Shown one piece after another: positions 1 to 8,542 of a DNA stretch of 64,000 bases. Source of the stretch: Alphaproteobacteria bacterium (GTDB lineage: Bacteria; Pseudomonadota; Alphaproteobacteria; JBFXJJ01); contig JBFXJJ010000001.1 of assembly GCA_050175015.1 (NCBI GenBank), positions 32,001-96,000 on the forward strand. Direction: 5' to 3'. A program made the position numbers and the translations under genes. The notes beneath the pieces were generated by a model that had not been told where the DNA came from, did not search any database, and saw only the letters and a program-made list of their open reading frames with translations. The stretch's first letter is position 1; each line of letters starts with the position of its first letter.

Positions 1-2
1 CC

Positions 3-62
3 TTGATAGTAAAAACAAACAAAACCTATATAAATTTTATAACTAACATTAGGGGGGCATAA
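3..62 (+). CDS. 3' end of an upstream gene, probably the DUF58 protein of the MoxR/bat operon (truncated by window edge)
   Basis: Open frame LIVKTNKTYINFITNIRGA* ends TAA at 60-62, just before the next gene. Identity inferred only from the usual moxR-DUF58-DUF4381-VWA order. Confidence 0.35.
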   Translation: MIVKTNKTYINFITNIRGA

Positions 63-64
63 CT

Positions 65-547
65 GTGCCGACAACAGCAGTAAGTTTATCAGACCTGCGA
101 GATATTCATCTGCCAGAGGAAATAAGCATTTTTCCCTTAGCATACGGCTGGTGGCTGGTTTTAGGGATTGTTATCCTTTTAATTCTCTCCCCTTGGTTTA
201 TCAAAAGTTTCAATAAAATCTATGCCCTAACCCTTAGAAAAAAAGCTTTGAGAGAACTCTTGGAACTTGAAAAAAGGTATAACCAAAATAATGATTTTCA
301 AGCTTTAGCCTCTGCGGTATCAAGGTTAATAAAAAGAATTGCTCTGCTCAATTATGATAAAGAATATATTGCCAAGTTATATGATAAATCTTGGGCGGAT
401 TTTTTAGTAAAAACAGGCTTTAATAATCCTGATTTAGCACAAACCATAAGCTGTGCAGCGTATCTTAATAAAGACAATTTTAGTTGTAAAACTAATAATA
501 TTGTTTTGCTGGAACTAACTAAGAAATGGATAAGGCAGAACACATGA
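65..547 (+). CDS. DUF4381-like membrane protein of the bat/MoxR operon
   Basis: N-terminal LRDIHLPE..PLA.GWW motif plus TM segment; ALSRLIKR/W.DFL-type motifs; GTG start; precedes a VWA gene. Confidence 0.8.
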   Translation: MPTTAVSLSDLRDIHLPEEISIFPLAYGWWLVLGIVILLILSPWFIKSFNKIYALTLRKKALRELLELEKRYNQNNDFQALASAVSRLIKRIALLNYDKEYIAKLYDKSWADFLVKTGFNNPDLAQTISCAAYLNKDNFSCKTNNIVLLELTKKWIRQNT

Positions 548-1554
548 TAGATTTAGCAAATCCTCTTATTCTCATAGTGCTTCCGCTGCCATTTATTATA
601 AGGTTTTTTTCAAAATATCCTAACAATATCAATGGGGAACCATTAATTACACCGTTTTTTGACGACGTTAAAAAAATTACGCCGTCTCTTCGCCTATCAT
701 TTTTAAATACACGTAAAATTATCCGCTTCTTAGCTTTTATTGCTTGGATATTTCTAGTTATCGCAGCAGCACGCCCCCGCTGGGTTGGGGAACCAGTTCC
801 CGTTGAGATTAAACGCCGTGAATTATTACTGGCTATAGACGTGTCTGGAAGTATGCGGATTGCCGACTTCACTTTTAATCGCACTCCTGTAAGCCGAATG
901 ACTGCGGTTAGAGAAATTGCATCTGATTTTATCAAAAAACGCTGCGGGGATAAACTCGGTCTTATCTTTTTTGGAACCAAGGCTTATCTTCGCTCTCCTC
1001 CGAGCTTTGATTGCCAAACCGTATATGATTTTATGAAAGATGCCGAAATCGGCGTAGCTGGAACTAATACCGCCATTGGAGATGCCGTCGCTATGGCGGT
1101 TAAATACACGAAAGACAATGAAAATAATAAAGTTTTGATTCTGCTAACAGACGGCGCCAACAACTCTGGTTATGCCACACCTGATGAAGCTTTAAATCTT
1201 GCCATAAGTGAAGGGCTTAAAATTTATACCATCGGTATCGGTTCAAAGCAGGAATGGCAGGAAAACTTATTTGGATTTCAATTTAGAGATAACACCAATG
1301 ATATTGATATCGACTTTCTAACCAACTTAGCTAAAAAAACTGGCGGCAAATTTTATCTTGCTCAAAACTTAAATGAACTAAGCCGCATTTATAATGAAAT
1401 TGATAAACTAGAGCCTATCTCTAACAGCAAAAACACTATTAAACCTATTAAAGAACTTTTCTATTTGCCTTTGGCTGTAACTCTTACCTTGAGTTTCATT
1501 ATCCTTGCCTTTCTTTGCTCTCAATCTTTTTCTAAAACTGGGAGGAAAGACTAG
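544..1554 (+). CDS. batA: VWA domain protein, BatA-like
   Basis: N-terminal TM then AARPRW; MIDAS DVSGSM, TAIGDA, LLTDGAN; C-terminal TM. ATG at 544 overlaps the upstream stop (ATGA). Confidence 0.85.
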   Translation: MIDLANPLILIVLPLPFIIRFFSKYPNNINGEPLITPFFDDVKKITPSLRLSFLNTRKIIRFLAFIAWIFLVIAAARPRWVGEPVPVEIKRRELLLAIDVSGSMRIADFTFNRTPVSRMTAVREIASDFIKKRCGDKLGLIFFGTKAYLRSPPSFDCQTVYDFMKDAEIGVAGTNTAIGDAVAMAVKYTKDNENNKVLILLTDGANNSGYATPDEALNLAISEGLKIYTIGIGSKQEWQENLFGFQFRDNTNDIDIDFLTNLAKKTGGKFYLAQNLNELSRIYNEIDKLEPISNSKNTIKPIKELFYLPLAVTLTLSFIILAFLCSQSFSKTGRKD

Positions 1555-3405
1555 ATGCTTGAAAATCTGCATTTTATCAGACCACAATGGCTTTGGTTGT
1601 TATTGGTTAATATCCTTCCCTTATTATTATGGCTAAAAAGCAAGCAGGGATTTTCTCCTTGGCGTAGAATCTGCCACAATCACCTTTTAAAATACATTTT
1701 AGGCGAAGGTTCCAATATTTCATTTGCGCCGTTCTTTTTATTCTTTATAACGTGGAGCTTAGCTGTCTTTGCGGGATCTAGTCCCAGCACAGAAAAATAT
1801 CCTATGCCGACGTATCGTGTAACGACCCCGATTGTTATTTTGCTTGATGCGTCTTTAGATATGAATGTTAAAGATTTAGCTCCTAGTAGGTTTGACCGTG
1901 CTAAATTTAAAATTATGGACTTCATCAAAACGATTCAAGGTGAAAAAGTTGCTTTGACCGTTTTCTCTGACTATCCATATACGATTGTTCCTTTTAGTGA
2001 TGATAAAACTGTTTTAGAAAATGCCCTAAAAACTTTGAGTCTTTCTATTATGCCGTCTTATGGTCATAACCTGACTAAAGCCCTAGTTGAGGCTGAAAAT
2101 ATGCTCAAAGCAATCAATGAAAAAGGAAACATCATTATTTTTACAGCAAGTGCGGGTTCTAATATTAGCGAGACCATAGACGAAGCAAGAAAAATCGCTT
2201 CTCAAAAGCATCAGATATCTATTGTCGGCGTTGGAACTTCAAAAGGTGATATTCTTTACAATCAATCGGGCGGATTTGCTAAAGACAACCAAGGCAAACC
2301 CTTATTCAGTAAACTTGACAGCCGTGGTTTGGATATTATTGCAACCGCTGGCGGCGGAACTTACAGTGAAATATCTCTTAATGATAGCGACTTGAAAAAA
2401 ATATATACCCCTAAAAACATCGATAGCTTTAATATTAGTTATAAAAAAACTGAAATTAAAGCTGATGAATGGCAGGATTTAGGAGCAAAGTTTTTAATTA
2501 TCGTGCTTATCCTTGCAAGTTTTGCCTTTCGCAAAGGCTGGCTCGGCTGTATTGCCCTCTTTATAATAATGACGCCGATAGAAGCAAAGGCTTTTTCCTT
2601 ATCTGACTGGTTTTTAAACGACAATCAAAAAGCCAAGATTATGCTGGAAGACAATAACTTTGAAGAAGCCGCTAAACTTTTTAAAGATAAAAATTGGCAG
2701 GCGGTTTCTAAATATCGGGCAGGCGATTATAAAGGTGCCCAAGAAATATGGCAAAAGCAAAAAGATGAGACCAATCTTTATAATCAAGGCAATGCTTCTG
2801 CTTTAGCTGGTGATTACCAGAAAGCTATTGATTACTATAATCAGGTTTTAGCCCTAAATAAAAATCATAAAGATGCAGAATTTAACAAAAATTTGGTAGA
2901 AAAACTGCTTCAAAAACAACAGTCATCTTCTGATAATCAAAATAAAGACGACAACAAACAAAACCAGCCGCAAAATAACCAGAGTGCGGACAATAAACAA
3001 CAGCAAAACCAAAACAATAATCAACAGCAACAAGAAAATCAGGACAAGAAGCAAGAACAAAACCAAAAGCAATTAGAGAAAAACAACCAATCTCAAAAAA
3101 ATGAAAACCAGCCGCAAAATGCTTCGGAACAATCCAAGCAGCAACCATCACCGCAGCAAGAAGAAGCACAAAAAAAGCAAGAACAGCAAGAAGCTCGCAA
3201 GGCTCTAGCTGAACAAAAAATAAACAAAGATAAAAATCAAGAAGAACCCCAAAACAGTTCTGAAAACACCCCAATACCCAAAAAACTTAATGAGAAAGAG
3301 CAAGCTGCCAAACAGCTTATGGATCGCATTGAAGACGATCCTGGTGAACTTTTAAAAAACATCTTATCTTTACGTTACCAAGCTTTGGAGAGTAAACGAA
3401 AATGA
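1555..3405 (+). CDS. VWA + TPR protein (BatB/BatC-like fusion) with Q/N-rich linker
   Basis: HFIRPQWL N-terminus, DASLDM...DLAPSRF VWA, TPR motif YNQGNA.A..GDYQKAI..Y, Q/N-rich tract, C-terminal IEDDPGELLK. Confidence 0.85.
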   Translation: MLENLHFIRPQWLWLLLVNILPLLLWLKSKQGFSPWRRICHNHLLKYILGEGSNISFAPFFLFFITWSLAVFAGSSPSTEKYPMPTYRVTTPIVILLDASLDMNVKDLAPSRFDRAKFKIMDFIKTIQGEKVALTVFSDYPYTIVPFSDDKTVLENALKTLSLSIMPSYGHNLTKALVEAENMLKAINEKGNIIIFTASAGSNISETIDEARKIASQKHQISIVGVGTSKGDILYNQSGGFAKDNQGKPLFSKLDSRGLDIIATAGGGTYSEISLNDSDLKKIYTPKNIDSFNISYKKTEIKADEWQDLGAKFLIIVLILASFAFRKGWLGCIALFIIMTPIEAKAFSLSDWFLNDNQKAKIMLEDNNFEEAAKLFKDKNWQAVSKYRAGDYKGAQEIWQKQKDETNLYNQGNASALAGDYQKAIDYYNQVLALNKNHKDAEFNKNLVEKLLQKQQSSSDNQNKDDNKQNQPQNNQSADNKQQQNQNNNQQQQENQDKKQEQNQKQLEKNNQSQKNENQPQNASEQSKQQPSPQQEEAQKKQEQQEARKALAEQKINKDKNQEEPQNSSENTPIPKKLNEKEQAAKQLMDRIEDDPGELLKNILSLRYQALESKRK

Positions 3406-5216
3406 AAACTTTTTTAAAAATATTTTTATGCATTATTTTCTATACTAACAGCGTTTGTGCTTTAGAAGTCTACACGGACAGAAACGCCTTAAATCTTGGC
3501 GAGACTTTAAATTTGACGATTAAAGCTGACAGCTCTGATGACAGACCTAATCTTTCTGTTCTACAAGAAGACTTTAAAGTCGTTGGCACAAGCTCTTCAT
3601 CTCAAACCAACATAATTAATGGCAAAATAAGCTCTTCTAAATCTTGGGAAATAGCCTTGTCTCCTAAAAGAGAAGGCTCGCTCACAATTCCGTCATTTAA
3701 AGTCGGCAGCAAAACATCTCAACCTATAACTATTCAAGTTTATGATAATGCGGTACCCGCTAATAACACCAAAAATGACGCTTTTTTTATGACTGCCGAA
3801 GTCGATAATAATGAACCCTTTGTTCAGCAGCAAATTATCTACACGTTTAAAATCTATGATGGAATCGGACTTAGCAAAATCTCTCCTGAAGAACCTGTGG
3901 GAGATAATCTACAGTTTATCAAGCTTGGTGATTACGATAAAACTTCTGAGTACATACACAATAGAAGATATGATGTTTACAGCTTTAAATATGCCGTTTT
4001 TCCTCAAAAAAGTGGCGAACTAAAAATATCGCCTATTGGTGCCGATGTTATTACTGGTGAAAATCTTGGCTCCAGCTTATTTGATTTTTTCAATAATGGC
4101 TTTAACAACAAAGCTATGCAGGTTCCTGACATTTTTGCAATGACCAAAAGCACTAGAGTTGCGGCAGGAAGCGTCAAGCTTCAAGTCAAAAGTAAACCCA
4201 GCAACATTGACAGTTTTTGGCGTCCCGCCAAAAAAATTAACTTGCGAGATGCGTGGAAACCAAACCCGCCTGTTTTCAAAGTGGGAGAGCCTATTTCTCG
4301 AGTAATTGCGATTGAAGGTAAAGCTGTTCTTCCTGAACAATTACCAGATATTACCGCGGAACAAACCGATGGCATCAAGATTTATCAAGATAAAGCAAGC
4401 AATGAAACCTTTACTGACGGTGATGATGCCGCAGCATTAAAGCAGCAAACCTTAGTTTATATTCCAGAAAAAGCAGGGCAAGCCTCTCTTCCTGAAATCT
4501 CGGTTTTATGGTGGGATACCATAAATAACGAACTTAAAAAATCCTCTCTGCCCGCTATGAGGATTCAAGTTATGCCCGCATCTGACAGCCAAGATGGCTC
4601 ACAACAACTTAAGCAAATTACCCCTGATGAAAATCAAGAAGAAAATCATCAAGAAAAAGATGAACAAGACAACAAGGAAAATCAGCTTAACACCAACCAG
4701 CAAGAACCATCAGCAAGCGCAACAGAAAATATGCCATCAGAAAACAGTAGCGTTAATTCCAATCAAGTATTTTATTCACCATATTTTATAGCCGCTGCAA
4801 TAATTGGGGGAATTTTATTTGGATTTCTTGCCGCTTTTCTGATTTTTAATAAAAAGACTTTGGCCATTTCTGAAAAAAGCAATCAAGAAAAAAGCGCGAA
4901 TAAAAACTCAGAAATTCTGTCCGCATTTAATAAATCTTGCCAAGACAACAATCCCAAGCAGACCAGAGACTTATTATTAGAATGGGGTAAAGCTAAGTGG
5001 CCCGAAAATCCACCCTTTAATGTTGAAACCATAGCGCAAATGCTAAATGATGATGCTCTCTTAGATGAAGTAAAGCAACTAGAGCGTGCGCTTTATATCG
5101 GAGGGGACTTTGACGGCTCCTCTTTATATAAAACCTTCAATAATGCTATTAAAAACTATCAAAAAAACAAAAATAGCCAAGAAGAAGCCGCACCAATACC
5201 TGACCTTTATCCTTAA
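3402..5216 (+). CDS. batD: BatD family protein
   Basis: Signal peptide, repeated Ig-like BatD domains (SSSSQTNIING, YAVFPQKSG, WWDT), C-terminal TM, PDLYP end; position in operon. Confidence 0.85.
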   Translation: MKTFLKIFLCIIFYTNSVCALEVYTDRNALNLGETLNLTIKADSSDDRPNLSVLQEDFKVVGTSSSSQTNIINGKISSSKSWEIALSPKREGSLTIPSFKVGSKTSQPITIQVYDNAVPANNTKNDAFFMTAEVDNNEPFVQQQIIYTFKIYDGIGLSKISPEEPVGDNLQFIKLGDYDKTSEYIHNRRYDVYSFKYAVFPQKSGELKISPIGADVITGENLGSSLFDFFNNGFNNKAMQVPDIFAMTKSTRVAAGSVKLQVKSKPSNIDSFWRPAKKINLRDAWKPNPPVFKVGEPISRVIAIEGKAVLPEQLPDITAEQTDGIKIYQDKASNETFTDGDDAAALKQQTLVYIPEKAGQASLPEISVLWWDTINNELKKSSLPAMRIQVMPASDSQDGSQQLKQITPDENQEENHQEKDEQDNKENQLNTNQQEPSASATENMPSENSSVNSNQVFYSPYFIAAAIIGGILFGFLAAFLIFNKKTLAISEKSNQEKSANKNSEILSAFNKSCQDNNPKQTRDLLLEWGKAKWPENPPFNVETIAQMLNDDALLDEVKQLERALYIGGDFDGSSLYKTFNNAIKNYQKNKNSQEEAAPIPDLYP

Positions 5217-5322
5217 AAAAGCAAGATAAAAAGCTGTTGATGCTTTAAGTATTTATCTACAGACTTAAAAAAACTTGTGCTACCTTTTTTAGGTTAAATT
5301 TTTTATTGTAAAGGAGAAATAA

Positions 5323-6435
5323 ATGCTTATTGGTGTACCAAAAGAGATTAAAACTCACGAATATCGTGTTGGACTAACCCCTAATAGTGTTCGTGAATTG
5401 ATTGATAATGGTCATAGCGTTATTGTTGAAACCAATGCTGGAGCAGGCATTAATGCTAGCGATGAAGCATATATCAGTGCTGGAGCAAAAATTGCTGCTG
5501 ATGCAAAAGAAGTTTTTGCATCCGCTGATATGATTGTCAAAGTAAAAGAACCTCAGGCTGCTGAATGTCATATGTTAAGAAAAGACCAACTTCTCTTTAC
5601 ATATCTTCACCTTGCAGCTGACCCTAAACAAGCAGAACTTTTAAAAGAATCCAAATGTGTTGCTATTGCTTACGAAACCGTTACCGATGCTAAAGGCGGT
5701 CTCCCTCTGCTCGCTCCTATGAGTGAAGTTGCTGGACGTATGTCAATTCAAGCCGGCGCTCACTGTTTAGAAAAAAATCAAGGTGGCTGTGGCGTTCTTC
5801 TAGGTGGTGTTCCTGGCGTAAAAGCTGCTAAAGTTGTTATCTTAGGTGGCGGTGTTGTCGGAACCAATGCGGCAAGAATGGCAATGGGCTTAGAAGCAAA
5901 TGTAACCATTTTTGATAAATCTTTACCAAGACTTAGAGAGCTCGATGCTCAATTTGGTTCACGTATTACGACCCTATACTCAACTAATGCTGCGATTGAA
6001 AATGAAGTTTATGAAGCTGACTTAGTAATAGGTGCCGTTCTTATCCCTGGAGATTCAGCTCCTAAACTTGTAAATCGTAATATGCTTAAAAAAATGAAAA
6101 AAGGAGCGGTTGTAGTTGATGTTGCTATCGACCAAGGCGGCTGCTTTGAAACAAGCCGTCCTACAACACACGATAACCCAACTTTCGTTGTTGATGATGT
6201 TGTCCACTACTGCGTTGCTAATATGCCTGGAGCAGTTGCTAGAACATCTACTTATGCTCTTAACAATGCAACCCTGCCTTTTGTTGTTGAGCTTGCCAAC
6301 AAAGGCTATGAGAAAGCTTTAAAAGATAATAAACATCTTTTAAATGGTCTCAATGTTTACAAAGGCAAGATTACTTATGAAGGCGTCGCTCGTGCCTTAA
6401 ATGATACTTATACCGATCCTTCTAAATTACTTTAA
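5323..6435 (+). CDS. ald: Alanine dehydrogenase
   Basis: MLIGVPKEIK..EYRVGLTP, FTYLHLA, GGGVVG, DVAIDQGGCFETS, HYCVANMPGAV; RBS AAGGAG. Confidence 0.97.
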   Translation: MLIGVPKEIKTHEYRVGLTPNSVRELIDNGHSVIVETNAGAGINASDEAYISAGAKIAADAKEVFASADMIVKVKEPQAAECHMLRKDQLLFTYLHLAADPKQAELLKESKCVAIAYETVTDAKGGLPLLAPMSEVAGRMSIQAGAHCLEKNQGGCGVLLGGVPGVKAAKVVILGGGVVGTNAARMAMGLEANVTIFDKSLPRLRELDAQFGSRITTLYSTNAAIENEVYEADLVIGAVLIPGDSAPKLVNRNMLKKMKKGAVVVDVAIDQGGCFETSRPTTHDNPTFVVDDVVHYCVANMPGAVARTSTYALNNATLPFVVELANKGYEKALKDNKHLLNGLNVYKGKITYEGVARALNDTYTDPSKLL

Positions 6436-6443
6436 AGCAAAAC

Positions 6444-6528
6444 AAAGCCATAATTCCAACTGTCCCAAAAGAGATTGCAGTAACAAATTGCAGTTTGAAG
6501 AAACGAACAAGAGGAGTTATGGCTTTTT
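6444..6528. terminator. Long stem-loop between convergent ald and the cNMP gene (terminator or structured RNA)
   Basis: AAAGCCATAATTCC (6444-6457) pairs with GGAGTTATGGCTTT (6513-6526) with one G-U pair, ending in a T-run. Confidence 0.5.
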
Positions 6529-6583
6529 CTAAAGTGACTACTTAAAAAATAAAACTTTAAAGTCTAACTAAAAGAAATATGCT

Positions 6584-8461
6584 CTAAGGCTTATTTTTTT
6601 TAACGATGATTGGTTGGGTGTTTCTAATTCGCCCAACTAAAACATCAATTAGGCGACGTATAACAGGATCATTTTGCTCTAATTTTATCAGCCTGTTTTT
6701 AAATTCAATATCTGGGATAACAGTTATTTCTGTTTTGCCAATAGCTTTGGCTGAAGCCATTCTTGGCTTATCATCAATAATAGCCATTTCTCCAAAAATA
6801 TCACCTCTTTTTAAAACCGCTATGCGTCTTGCTTTTTTATAAATTTCCACATTACCATAAACAATTAAAAAAGCCTCTATTCCGATATCTCCTTCATTAA
6901 AAATAACATCGCCATTTTCAAAAATTCTTCTTTCGAAAGATGAAACTCTTGGTGTTTGATTAGTTTCAAAATGATTAATTTGAGATACCTTTTCGTCAGC
7001 TGTCTTTTTAGATTTAGAATTAAGTAATTCGTCAAAATGCTGAAGATGCTTTTGTTTCTTAGAACTTGGTATTTTTAAACTTGGCAAAAGATTAGTTAGG
7101 TTCATTAATGCTCTGACGGCATTAATTTTTAGAACATCCCCTTTTATCATATCATCTATGGTTTGCCATTTTTGTGTAATTTCTTGAATACCAGAATTAA
7201 TTATATCTGCATTCTTTTCATAAATAGAGCCATCTGTTAAGTTAAATAGATAAAAAATACGAGCTATCTCTGATGGCAGAAGATTCAATATTGTCTTAAT
7301 TGCATTACTAAAATCGTTGTCATCCGAAAAATTAATATGTTGAATCCTTCTTGTTAAGGATTCCGCAATCATGCCGCCACCAATCAAATTATCCAGATAA
7401 ACAAGCTCTTTAATAATCAGAGAAATAAAAGATATTTCTGAAGCCTTAGTTTCCTGAGTTATGGAATCTGTTTTTCTAATAATATTATTAATCTTTTTTA
7501 TAATGGCTTTTTTTAAAAGCTCCGGCTCTTTACTAGCAATAAAGGCATTGATATCAGCAAGATGTGACGGATCTTTTTCTTGAGGAACATAATTGCCCTT
7601 ATAAAGATTAATTAAGGCCAAAAGATAAGATCCTCTGTCTTCTTTTTTATCTATTATCTCAAAACAAGCCTTATCGCTTTCAAAAATTTCATTTAATAAC
7701 TCATCTATGTAATGAATATCTAATTCATCAACATCTGGTTTTACAAGATTGAGCAATAAAATTGTTTTTTCAGTCCATGAATTAGCATAGCTTAGATACG
7801 ATGCTAAAGAGTTATATATTGCAAATTCCTGAGCCTTAGGATTAACACTTTTTCTGATTTCAATAAGCGTTTTAGCAAATCCAAGTTTAGCAAGATACGG
7901 ATAATAATCTTTTATCTTCTTTATTTTTTCTTGCAAAACAGGAATATTGTCTAAGATATTGATAAAGTTTGCTTTTATTTTTTCTTGGGGCGTTTTATGG
8001 GTTTTGCTGTAAAGGTAGGAAATATCATCTAACCCCTGTTCTACCAAATTATTATTACTCATCAACTGCCTAAATCTAGAATTTAGAAACAAGATTTCAG
8101 TTACGGTAATTTTGTAATCATCAAGATAATCTCTTAAGATTTTAGATAAAAATAATTTGGCTTCAAGTTGATAGAAATCATTTACAGATTCACAGTAAGT
8201 GTGAAGTTCAGAACTATAGTCAGATAAATGCTTTGCCGCATCTTGTTCTGGTCGGCACTCAAAAATAATTCTTTCTTTTTTAGCATTGCCCCCTAATAGC
8301 TGCGTTTCAATAACTCTCAAAGCTTTTGGCTTTTTTTCTACGTCTTTAGCTAATTGAACTGCAACGTTTAAGGCATCATCCTGAGTTCCAAAACTTTTAC
8401 GTTTTTCCCATTTAGCATCAACATTTATAAATAAGTCATAACTAATGTTTCCTGTAGACAC
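6584..8461 (-). CDS. Large protein with C-terminal cyclic-nucleotide-binding domain
   Basis: C-terminal IFNEGD.G.EAFLIVYG.VEI...GDIFGEMAIIDDKPRMASA; ~500-aa helical N-terminal region of unknown function; GTG start with GAGGGG RBS. Confidence 0.8.
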   Translation of the reverse strand: MSTGNISYDLFINVDAKWEKRKSFGTQDDALNVAVQLAKDVEKKPKALRVIETQLLGGNAKKERIIFECRPEQDAAKHLSDYSSELHTYCESVNDFYQLEAKLFLSKILRDYLDDYKITVTEILFLNSRFRQLMSNNNLVEQGLDDISYLYSKTHKTPQEKIKANFINILDNIPVLQEKIKKIKDYYPYLAKLGFAKTLIEIRKSVNPKAQEFAIYNSLASYLSYANSWTEKTILLLNLVKPDVDELDIHYIDELLNEIFESDKACFEIIDKKEDRGSYLLALINLYKGNYVPQEKDPSHLADINAFIASKEPELLKKAIIKKINNIIRKTDSITQETKASEISFISLIIKELVYLDNLIGGGMIAESLTRRIQHINFSDDNDFSNAIKTILNLLPSEIARIFYLFNLTDGSIYEKNADIINSGIQEITQKWQTIDDMIKGDVLKINAVRALMNLTNLLPSLKIPSSKKQKHLQHFDELLNSKSKKTADEKVSQINHFETNQTPRVSSFERRIFENGDVIFNEGDIGIEAFLIVYGNVEIYKKARRIAVLKRGDIFGEMAIIDDKPRMASAKAIGKTEITVIPDIEFKNRLIKLEQNDPVIRRLIDVLVGRIRNTQPIIVKKNKP

Positions 8462-8542
8462 TATATAATCCCCTCTTTATTATTTTTTGCTTATATAATC
8501 CACACTTTTCCATTACTTTACGTTATGAACCTAAAGATATGC

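Noticed and set aside
2913-3260. CAA-rich low-complexity tract and antisense 130-aa ORF
   Set aside because: Q/N-rich linker typical of BatB/BatC-type TPR proteins; the antisense ORF is its shadow.
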